A DNA stretch of 36,486 bases, from NCBI GenBank assembly GCA_008369845.1, contig MRSU01001097.1, positions 1-36,486 of the forward strand, written 5' to 3'. Positions 28,629-36,486 of the stretch are shown in pieces. The position numbers were made by a program, and so were the translations under genes. Source of the stretch: Trichomonas gallinae. Lineage: Eukaryota. Numbering within the stretch: position 1 is the stretch's first letter; each line of letters begins with the position of its first letter. The notes beneath the pieces were generated by a model. It saw nothing but the letters and a program-made list of their open reading frames with translations, was not told where the DNA came from and searched no databases.

Positions 28629-30722
28629 ATGTTACCCTTATTTAGTGCTCTCAGCATTCAGACGAGACAGCGGCTCCTGGATGGCAGCACTATCGAAATG
28701 CTGCAGAAAGAAGATTCTCCTGTTTTCGTAACAGGAATCGATACAAAACTTTCACCTTTTGCTGATAGATATAATCAAAACATTGACCTTGTTGGCCAAA
28801 ACCCTGCACAAGGATTTAGAGTTCATTCCTATTTCAAATGCTCAGTTACAATCAAAAAATCAGCATTTAAACAGAATTACGCTTTTGGAGCTGGTAGATC
28901 ATCGGGATCTGGAGGGGCTCTTCATGTTTGTCAGTGTGTTCTTGATATCCAAAAAGATGAGTCACAACCTTGTGAATTTACTAAAAATGAAGCAGCAGTT
29001 GGTGGAGCCATTTGCTCTGTTTCATCTGCAGTTCTTGCAACAGGAACAAAATTAGAAGGTAATCGTGCTTACAAGTACGGAGGTGCAATTTATTTCCAAG
29101 GATCATTCCAGAAGGGCGATCAAAACTCATATCTCAATCCACAAGTGAAGATGTATGGCATCGATCTTAAGTTTATATCAAACATAGCTCATGAACTTGG
29201 TGGTGCAGTTGCAATTTCATTTGCAGTCGAGATTTATTTTGAGGGTTCATATTTCCTTCAAAACAAATGCGGCTTTGGTGGTGGCGCCATTTCATCTGCT
29301 AACTGTGATGATCTAAAACTTTATCAATGCAAATTTGCTTACAACGTTGTTGACGCTTCTGACACAGATACCAAGCAAGCATCCACACAGATGTATGACA
29401 ATGTTCATTCAGGTGCTCATGCCGATAAACTCTTTGCAAATAAAATGGCAACACACTTTAAAGGCCGCGGTGGTGGCGCCATTTGCTTTGTTTCTGACTC
29501 GAAGAAGGGCCTTCTCCCAAGCAGCCTTTCTGAGACAAAGCAGCATCGATTCGTCCGTTCAATTCAATGCTGCTTCTACAAGGATACAGCAACAACTACA
29601 GGCCAAACGTTTGGACAAGGTGCTGGCCACGAGATCCTTCTTGAAGGATTTTCAAAGCTCATCTCTTATAAAGATTACATTAGTGGTTACAACAACGAAA
29701 ATTACTACCTAGGTCAAGTGTCTCAATATATTTCGAGAGTTGTCCGCGGATGGGATGCTAATGCAACAGCCTGGCAAGTCGAGAGTTATACGAATGAAGA
29801 AAATGATGCATGCAAAAACTCTCAATTTACTCCAGAAGCATCTGAGTCTAAACCAGGTGATGGCGATTACAATAACGAAACAACATCAAATTTTGCCAGC
29901 ACATCCTCTACAACAAGAATGTATACAAGCAATGTTCCAGAGCCAACGACTTTCACATATCTCGCTACACCAATTACCCGTCTTCCGCGCGCAACAACAT
30001 CAAGCCACAAGCCATACACACCACCATCATTTAACATCGATGATTCCTCATTTTGGACTTCCCATTCAATTAATAAGAATTTCACAAATCGACCAGAGTT
30101 ACCTCCAATTGCCACAACTGAGCCTCCACGAACTGCTCACCCGACAAAATCTAATCCCCCGCCACCAAGATCGCCTAACCCAACAGGTTTCAAACCAATA
30201 GTTATTCCTCCTGATAAATCAGCTTCAAAGACTAACTCCAAAGTTCCTTCATATAGCTCAATTGTAACATATATCACATCAGGTGGAGAATACTATGATG
30301 GCTCGACTTGGGTTACTGTAACCTCAGACGGTAATTATACATCTTACTCCCTTATATTTACAGATTCTGAAATATTTGTTCCCTTAAAACAAACGAATGG
30401 TGAAATAACTAAAAAGCCATTCCCATTAGCCCTCGTCATTGGTATTGTTGCAGGTCTTCTTGCGCTCATCATTATTGCCATCCTCATTGTCATTCTCACA
30501 AAGAAGAAGAAGGAAGACAGCAACAGCACTTCAGCAGTCGAAATGAACGAAGAAATAGTCATGCAGGTCCCAGACAGTTCATCAGCTCCAATAACGAACG
30601 ACAACCCACTCTGGACAACATCTGTCATGGGCGACACAGACGACCCGTTCAAGAACGACTTCGAGGAAGATGCTGGCGATGGATTCTTCGGAATCGGTTC
30701 CAGTGCAAGAGCCCTCGAATAA
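28629..30722 (+). CDS. Pmp-like (chlamydial polymorphic membrane protein repeat) single-pass surface protein, ~697 aa
   Basis: Alternating FxxN / GGA(I/L/V) repeats (FKQN..GGAL, FTKN..GGAI, FISN..GGAV, FLQN..GGAI), a P/T/S-rich stalk, TM LALVIGIVAGLLALIIIAILIVIL, a KKKK stop-transfer, and an acidic tail with NDNPLW and DDPF. First ATG is 28629. Confidence 0.9.
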   Translation: MLPLFSALSIQTRQRLLDGSTIEMLQKEDSPVFVTGIDTKLSPFADRYNQNIDLVGQNPAQGFRVHSYFKCSVTIKKSAFKQNYAFGAGRSSGSGGALHVCQCVLDIQKDESQPCEFTKNEAAVGGAICSVSSAVLATGTKLEGNRAYKYGGAIYFQGSFQKGDQNSYLNPQVKMYGIDLKFISNIAHELGGAVAISFAVEIYFEGSYFLQNKCGFGGGAISSANCDDLKLYQCKFAYNVVDASDTDTKQASTQMYDNVHSGAHADKLFANKMATHFKGRGGGAICFVSDSKKGLLPSSLSETKQHRFVRSIQCCFYKDTATTTGQTFGQGAGHEILLEGFSKLISYKDYISGYNNENYYLGQVSQYISRVVRGWDANATAWQVESYTNEENDACKNSQFTPEASESKPGDGDYNNETTSNFASTSSTTRMYTSNVPEPTTFTYLATPITRLPRATTSSHKPYTPPSFNIDDSSFWTSHSINKNFTNRPELPPIATTEPPRTAHPTKSNPPPPRSPNPTGFKPIVIPPDKSASKTNSKVPSYSSIVTYITSGGEYYDGSTWVTVTSDGNYTSYSLIFTDSEIFVPLKQTNGEITKKPFPLALVIGIVAGLLALIIIAILIVILTKKKKEDSNSTSAVEMNEEIVMQVPDSSSAPITNDNPLWTTSVMGDTDDPFKNDFEEDAGDGFFGIGSSARALE

Positions 30723-30862
30723 TTTCAATAATAAAAGGTAGGTATGCCTTTTTGAATTCTTCTTTATTTCAGACATCTTTAAATTCAATAATATATATTA
30801 TATGACATAAATATTATAATAATACAGCTGCACACGACTCTAAATTTCAAATCAATTTCAAT

Positions 30863-30888
30863 AAATCCATATTTTAAAATATGGATTT
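30863..30888. repeat. Perfect 26-bp palindrome AAATCCATATTTTAAAATATGGATTT
   Basis: AAATCCATATTTT is immediately followed by its exact reverse complement. It lies between two convergent stop codons. Confidence 0.9.
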
Positions 30889-31295
30889 TCCCGTTTTGTA
30901 TTACAATACAGAAACCTTCATTTAGACCATCTTATATATCAATTTCCTAAATATTATGAAAATAATATTTTTATCTTTGAATACTTGATTAAAATGGTTG
31001 ATAAACTTCAAATTACTATGCAGATAGGAGTCATCAATGTTTGGCTGACTCTTGCAGAAGTAAAATTCATTTAGCTTTATTTTGGCTTTAGAAGCAATCT
31101 TTGATCACAGTCCGACTTGAATTGATTGATTTAAATATGATTATGAACAAAGAAAGCTCTGAAATTTTCTTCAGCTAAAATTTTGAATTTGATTTCTTGA
31201 GAATAAAAACGACGTGTGAGTCATATTTTGATCTATTTATTATACCAAACAATTAAAAACATAAACAGGAGATTTGTTATTCAAAATGAAAAGTA

Positions 31296-31871
31296 TTATT
31301 TCCTTGCTTTAGGAATATTCGTCGTTCTTCTGCCATTTGGTGTGTTCTTGGATAGAACCTCCTTAAGATTATCCATAATTGTTTTAATTGATTCGTATTC
31401 TTTTTTATAGTATTCGGCAAGTTCTTTTCCTGAAAGATCTGGTGGAGTTTTCGATCTTTTATTAGAATTAGGCGTATGAGCCATTTTGGGCTGACTTTCT
31501 CTTGCAATTCTTTCGGATTGTTGGAGCAAATCTTGTAATTCTCTTATTTCCTTCTTTAAATCGTTTATTTCAGAGTCACAGTCGATCAGTCTATGTTCAA
31601 GATCTGTTATCTTCTTTCTGAGAACTTTTGTATCATTATCAACAGGTAATGAAGGAAGCGGTGTGTTATTTCCTGATATATGCAGTATGGATTTGCTTTT
31701 CGACGATTCGCTTTTCTTTCGAGGCGAATTTGCATAAAAATGTGTTGGTGTAGAAATATGGCGAAAAGATATAGGCTCAAATAACGGTATATCGTGTTTC
31801 TCGTAGTTTTCTATCATGTTATTTAGTGAAGGTGAAAAAATTAATCTATGAGAGTCATCAAAATGAGACAT
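31296..31871 (-). CDS. Hypothetical coiled-coil protein, ~191 aa
   Basis: Heptad-like LRKKITDLEHRLIDCDSEINDLKKEIRELQDLLQ. Start moved to ATG 31871 (MSHFDD) because the upstream extension is AT-rich and contains the intergenic TTTACATGACAA motif. Confidence 0.75.
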   Translation of the reverse strand: MSHFDDSHRLIFSPSLNNMIENYEKHDIPLFEPISFRHISTPTHFYANSPRKKSESSKSKSILHISGNNTPLPSLPVDNDTKVLRKKITDLEHRLIDCDSEINDLKKEIRELQDLLQQSERIARESQPKMAHTPNSNKRSKTPPDLSGKELAEYYKKEYESIKTIMDNLKEVLSKNTPNGRRTTNIPKARK

Positions 31872-32278
31872 GCAAAAAATGTAAAATAAAACTGATTTTT
31901 TATTTACATGACAAAAATACAAATATTGCATTGTTATAATTTTGAACTTTGTGAAGAAAGAATCATATGATTTTTGCTTTAGATCCTGTAGCTCTCATTA
32001 TATCTGGTGTTTTTGTGATCAATAGATTTTGACAATTGTATCCTCAATAGATTGATAAATGAATATTTCATACTACTGAGTTTACTCCATTCCTAGGTAC
32101 ATATAGAAACAAATAATAGCAATTCTGTATCATTAGATTATTTAATAGTTTGACAAACTTATCATGTGTTGACAGATTTTTCCAACACTGATAGATTTGC
32201 TATGCTATAAATTATATGCTCTAGTATTCTATATGAAAAACAATAAAACATTTTATCTATAATATATCTATACACATT

Positions 32279-34399
32279 CTAAATCATCTTGAGCAGATCC
32301 TGAATAGCGTTTCTGACTTTGATATAGTCAGGGCAGATCTTTCCTTCGACTGTGATCGACTTCTCATTGACAAGCCTTACTTTGACGCGCCTTCCACCGC
32401 ATTCCAAGACACCTCCAGTGAACTCGTTGCGTATTCCAAGGCTGTCGAGCTTTGACGAGAGCTGGTTCATGTCGAGAGATCCGACGAATGTCGCCTGGTG
32501 GCCGGCACTACTCTCGACAGGGCGGGCCTGCACGAACTGTTGATGCTCATCGGCTTTGAGCGTTGCCTCGATGTAGGCGATGTCGTTGACGCCGCAGTTG
32601 ACGAAGTCAATGCCAGAGAGGAGAGCGCGTGAGAGGGAGATCTTTCGTGTGGTGAGGTCCCTCTGAAGTGATACTTTTTCTCCAATTGCCGGAATCTTGA
32701 TGCGTGTGTTTCCGAGTTTGCCGTTGATCAGTTCTTTAAGCTTGAGGCAGTTTTCTCTTGTCGATCCAATGATAATGATATCAGGTGGTGCACATGATGT
32801 GACGTTGAATGCGATTGTATTGTAATCGCTACTGCGCTCTAAGTTCCAGAATATTGAGGTGGCGAGATATCTGTAGTATCCGCCGTTGACTGTGAACTTT
32901 GATGGCTTGAAATCTGGCTCTTGGATAAAGTTCTGCTGTAATGCAGCTGAATCAATCATTTTGCTGCTGTCCATTTTCGTTGGGGCTGCGGGCATTGCAC
33001 CTTTCATATACTTTTCGGCGACAATAGCGCATCCGTAGTCAGTCAGTTCCTTCGGCTCCGGTTTCTTAAATTGGAAAAATCCTTTCTTCATAGATAGGGT
33101 CAAGGAACTTGTAGTTTCAACAAATACGTCTTGAACATCATTGTCTGATTCGTTAGACATTTCATTACCTTCAACATCTCCATCAGAATTTTGGGCCTCG
33201 AGGAGTTTTTCTTGAGCTAGACTCTCCTTTTCCATGTGCTTAACAAGCTCTTCGCCTTGGAGGAGCTCGCGCTGCTTAATATCCATGTAAATTGATCTGT
33301 GACTGTTATCAAGGCGTAACTGTTCGGCAAGTGAGCCTTCTGGTTCACGCTGAGTGAATATGAATAGGTTATCTGCGAGCGCTTTCTCAATAAAGAGGCG
33401 TCTTGAATATCCGTGCATTAAAGTATCTGTTGATGCAATTACGATGCAAGGCTGATCCATTGGAAGGTCCTTGATATTGGTAAGGCATGTAAAAGGTGGG
33501 AAGTCATTGAAATCGAATGGATATTGGTTCTCTGAGTTAATTTTTTCTTGTAATTCGTGCGATAAGTAGTTTGAGAGTGATTGAGAGTTCTTAAGCACAG
33601 CAGTAGAGCTGTGGGATACGAAAAATATAGGAGTTTCGAGTTTGTTCTTCTTCCAAAAATCTGTGATTGTTAAAATGACTTCTAATGAGCCAGAAACGCC
33701 GTCAGTCGGGAAAATGACGCATTTACCTTCCGCAATCTTGTTTCTGATCGTGCGGAAGACTTGTGTTTCGTTTCCAGGAAGATGTCGATCTGGGCCGCGT
33801 GCATCGAGAATCCAAAGCGTTGGGTGCCAACCTTGCTCGACGGCGAAGTTGCTGAGGTATTTACTGTGGTCGCCAACAGAAACAGAGTAAATAACTTCAT
33901 TTTGTCCTTTTGTGATCCTCCAAACAGTTCCACCAAGCGTATTACCTGCATTATGAGGTGTAATTGTGATATTCTTGCCATCAAGCTGCTCCGATTGCTG
34001 GTAGGTCATTCTGTTGACTTTTTGAAAAGCTTCATCTATATCATTTGCGTTAAACTCTTTGAAATCTTCTTCATCTTTAATATTTAGATATGAATCGTAT
34101 ATTACAAGAGATCCAAGCATAGGAATTGGCATAGTTGCAAAAACTGGAGCAGAAAGACCGTGTTTGCAAAGGTAAGGGAGTGCACCTATGTGCTCTATTG
34201 ATGCATGCGATAGTAAAACTGCATTAACGTGCGAGCAAATTTCGATCTGAGATTTGATGTCTTCGATTTTGAAATCCTCTGTCCATCCACAGTCCAATAG
34301 GAATGTGAACTCATCGACATGGAGGAGATACGCAAATGGCGTGTTGGATTGAGCCCCAGAAAGCGGCTGAAATGAAATACTTGTTGTATCACTCTCCAT
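32279..34399 (-). CDS. CPSF2: Cleavage and polyadenylation specificity factor subunit 2 (CPSF100), 706 aa
   Basis: FQPLSGA....FAYLLHVDEFTFLLDCGW, degenerate metallo-beta-lactamase motif LLSHASIEHIGALPY, NAGNTLGGTVWRITK, TDYG, and C-terminal GGVLECG...ITVEGKICPDYIKVRNAI. Confidence 0.93.
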   Translation of the reverse strand: MESDTTSISFQPLSGAQSNTPFAYLLHVDEFTFLLDCGWTEDFKIEDIKSQIEICSHVNAVLLSHASIEHIGALPYLCKHGLSAPVFATMPIPMLGSLVIYDSYLNIKDEEDFKEFNANDIDEAFQKVNRMTYQQSEQLDGKNITITPHNAGNTLGGTVWRITKGQNEVIYSVSVGDHSKYLSNFAVEQGWHPTLWILDARGPDRHLPGNETQVFRTIRNKIAEGKCVIFPTDGVSGSLEVILTITDFWKKNKLETPIFFVSHSSTAVLKNSQSLSNYLSHELQEKINSENQYPFDFNDFPPFTCLTNIKDLPMDQPCIVIASTDTLMHGYSRRLFIEKALADNLFIFTQREPEGSLAEQLRLDNSHRSIYMDIKQRELLQGEELVKHMEKESLAQEKLLEAQNSDGDVEGNEMSNESDNDVQDVFVETTSSLTLSMKKGFFQFKKPEPKELTDYGCAIVAEKYMKGAMPAAPTKMDSSKMIDSAALQQNFIQEPDFKPSKFTVNGGYYRYLATSIFWNLERSSDYNTIAFNVTSCAPPDIIIIGSTRENCLKLKELINGKLGNTRIKIPAIGEKVSLQRDLTTRKISLSRALLSGIDFVNCGVNDIAYIEATLKADEHQQFVQARPVESSAGHQATFVGSLDMNQLSSKLDSLGIRNEFTGGVLECGGRRVKVRLVNEKSITVEGKICPDYIKVRNAIQDLLKMI

Positions 34400-34406
34400 T
34401 TAATAA

Positions 34407-34459
34407 AAGGTGACAGATCTAAAAGTGACAAAATTTTAAAGTGACAATTAAAAAGTGAC
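34407..34459. promoter_or_regulatory. Tandem array of four AAAGTGAC-type motifs directly upstream of CPSF100
   Basis: AAGGTGAC 34407-34414, AAAGTGAC 34422-34429, 34438-34445 and 34452-34459. On the CPSF100 sense strand they read GTCACTTT, which contains the Inr-like TCACT. Confidence 0.7.
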
Positions 34460-34758
34460 AACAAATTAGAAAAATGAGAATTTCAAAAATCGTATATCAG
34501 CCATGTAAATTATTATTCGTCATATTTGATATTTATTTTGATTTTATTTGTCAAAAATTATTACTATTTGTCATGTAAATTAATTCAATGATTTCATTAT
34601 TCGTTATTATTATAGTAAATTTAATGTTTCCTGAAATTGTAATTAATGGAAAGTGGCGAATTTGATAATTATGGAAAAGTGACAAACCATATTTGTGATT
34701 TTTGTTATACAACAATAAAAATGAATAAATAATGGATAATGTTAAAAGGTGAAAATTA

Positions 34759-34766
34759 AAAGTGAC
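34759..34766 (+). promoter_or_regulatory. AAAGTGAC (M2-type motif)
   Basis: Exact match ending 8 nt before ATG 34774, with another copy at 34676-34683. Confidence 0.6.
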
Positions 34767-34773
34767 ATTAAAA

Positions 34774-36315
34774 ATGAATAATTCATCAATTCTTTCATTT
34801 ACAAATGTTGAAAGTATTCCAAATGGCAAGATGTATTCAAGCAATGATGTACTCTGCATTTTTCATGAAAACGAGCCGATAATGACATACTACACCAGAG
34901 ATTCGACAAATTCAATTCCTTTAAAAGAGCTTGATATCGATGCCACTACAGACAGGGTTATCAGCGTTGATCTTTACAGCGACTCCCGCTTATTTATTCT
35001 CTCTTCTAAAAAGAATTTACCAATCGCTTATTTTATTGCCATCAAAAACACCGAAGATTCCCACCTTCCGAGGCTAATGCAGGTGTGTTGCTCAGCAGTA
35101 GCATTTCACAAGAAAATTCTCAACGTTTTTATCCCTAAAAGAAATGTTTTTTGTATAATTTCGCGCGAAGGCGTCAGTTTCCACACGTTGACGCTCAAAA
35201 CCATATACACGAGCATGATACTAGTCAAGAGATACTCATTTGTCGATAATTACTTGATGCTGTCGACTTCAAGAGGAGTCACGATTCTTGAAATCAAAGA
35301 TGACGGAACAATAACAGATGTTTTGAGGGACGGCAAGCTGCAGCTCAGCATACCGATTACACTCCTTCGTCACTCAGATTATTTGTCGCTAGTTTATATT
35401 GAGAAAGATGAAAATTGCCAGAGTATAATCTTCCAGAAAATATCTTTCGACGGCAAACTGCAGCAGAACATCAAGGTATCAGACGTTTTTGATACCGAAA
35501 AAACCCCAGACACTTACAACTACCAAACATTCGATGATACTGTTCTCGTTTACGACGATGAGCAGAATGCTTGCATTTTCGATATATCAACCGACAAGGC
35601 AATTTATCTTTCACAGCAGTTTAAATTACAACAACCAATCAGTAGAATTATTTTTGATAATTTTGGTTATAACCAGAATAACAAATTCAAAATAAGTTTT
35701 GATTTCGAAAATATTATCAGCACAGATCCTGATGTAATTGGTGCGGTTTTCAGGAGAACAAATTCACTTTCAAGAGCTTTGACGTTATTCTCTCAAACGT
35801 TGAAGGAAACAAGTCATATTGAAGATGTTAAATTACTAATTAATGCAACAGCTCCATATGCTATCAACTCTGTTGCTCAAGTTCGCTACGTTCGCGCAAT
35901 TCAATTTGCTTCTATTGCAGAGCCTCATTTAATTCTCCTTGCACTCATCAACACATGCATGATAATGGGAAATAAGATGATTGACGCAGCTAAAAACGCT
36001 CTATTTGAGATTCTCGCTCATAATGAATGTATGTTCACAATGAAGAACTTAATTGCTAGCTGGAACATGAAGCTCAATGAATACGCTCTCCAGATTCTTG
36101 CACCTAAGCTCGGCGAGGAAATTGAACTCGCTCCAGAATTTGTTCAAGATATTTTGGTTTATGCTGATATTTGTATAGAATCAGATAAGCCAGATATAGC
36201 TAAGAGACTCATTCTTCGATATATTTTCGATCAAATGACCAGTGTTCGTGATATCGAAGAAATTCGTGCGAAATATCTTCAGAAATTCGGCCGCGATCCT
36301 ATCAAAGACGTATAA
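34774..36315 (+). CDS. Hypothetical protein (beta-rich N-half, helical C-half), possibly RMC1/Mic1 (regulator of MON1-CCZ1)-like, ~513 aa
   Basis: Clear ORF. The propeller-like N-half, the junction FKISFDFENII...VIGAVFRR and the helical tail loosely resemble RMC1/C18orf8. The family call is weak. First ATG is 34774. Confidence 0.55.
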   Translation: MNNSSILSFTNVESIPNGKMYSSNDVLCIFHENEPIMTYYTRDSTNSIPLKELDIDATTDRVISVDLYSDSRLFILSSKKNLPIAYFIAIKNTEDSHLPRLMQVCCSAVAFHKKILNVFIPKRNVFCIISREGVSFHTLTLKTIYTSMILVKRYSFVDNYLMLSTSRGVTILEIKDDGTITDVLRDGKLQLSIPITLLRHSDYLSLVYIEKDENCQSIIFQKISFDGKLQQNIKVSDVFDTEKTPDTYNYQTFDDTVLVYDDEQNACIFDISTDKAIYLSQQFKLQQPISRIIFDNFGYNQNNKFKISFDFENIISTDPDVIGAVFRRTNSLSRALTLFSQTLKETSHIEDVKLLINATAPYAINSVAQVRYVRAIQFASIAEPHLILLALINTCMIMGNKMIDAAKNALFEILAHNECMFTMKNLIASWNMKLNEYALQILAPKLGEEIELAPEFVQDILVYADICIESDKPDIAKRLILRYIFDQMTSVRDIEEIRAKYLQKFGRDPIKDV

Positions 36316-36486
36316 AAACTTGTTTGTATGTTTTTAATATAGAATATTTGCAATTTGACAATAATTATTTTACGTGACAAAATTTTTTTTGTCAATACTA
36401 GTTTAAATAAAGGTTGTCCGGCAGAAAAATTCAACTAAAAATTCTGTAAATTAATAATATAGAATGAGCACATAGTGACCATTAAA

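Noticed and set aside
31019..31110. Hairpin GAGTCA...TGACTC as a possible H/ACA snoRNA
   Set aside because: No convincing ANANNA hinge or second hairpin.
1497..35695. Numerous 60-150 aa ORFs overlapping the main genes (antisense or shifted frame)
   Set aside because: All are nested in or overlap longer, motif-supported CDSs, many use non-ATG starts, and none shows a recognisable domain. They are expected shadows of codon bias.
1..36486. Spliceosomal introns, tRNA/rRNA genes and transposons (Maverick, Tc1/mariner, Mutator)
   Set aside because: I saw no trichomonad-type ACTAACACACAG 3' splice motif, cloverleaf, rRNA segment, transposase/integrase ORF or long terminal inverted repeats by eye. 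All main ORFs are uninterrupted.

Overview
AT-rich, gene-dense, apparently intron-free eukaryotic DNA using the standard code. It is most consistent with a trichomonad (Parabasalia, Trichomonas-like), given a BspA-type LRR gene, a Pmp-type surface gene with an NPLW/DPF acidic tail, and AAAGTGAC and AACGGTTT promoter motifs. The window holds 14 complete CDSs plus the 3' end of one more: SEL1L/Hrd3-like, Nup205-like, a beta-helix membrane protein, PheRS beta, rotatin-like, a GT31-like glycosyltransferase, an acidic hypothetical, a membrane-anchored Moco-sulfurase/NifS-like enzyme, BspA, RalGAP-beta-like, Pmp, a coiled-coil hypothetical, CPSF100 and a possible RMC1/Mic1-like protein. Several ORF-track starts are upstream non-ATG or unlikely starts and were moved to the probable ATG. 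The most notable non-coding signals are a 12-bp motif TTTACRTGWCAA found 14 times, only between genes; a box C/D snoRNA candidate at 28250-28348; a decayed ankyrin-repeat relic; three ~110-150 bp intergenic tandem duplications; a tandem AAAGTGAC array before CPSF100; and a perfect 26-bp palindrome. All protein identities come from motif recognition from memory, not from database searches. I see no clear multi-gene novel system. The best leads are the promoter motif, the orphan snoRNA candidate and the atypical sulfurase.
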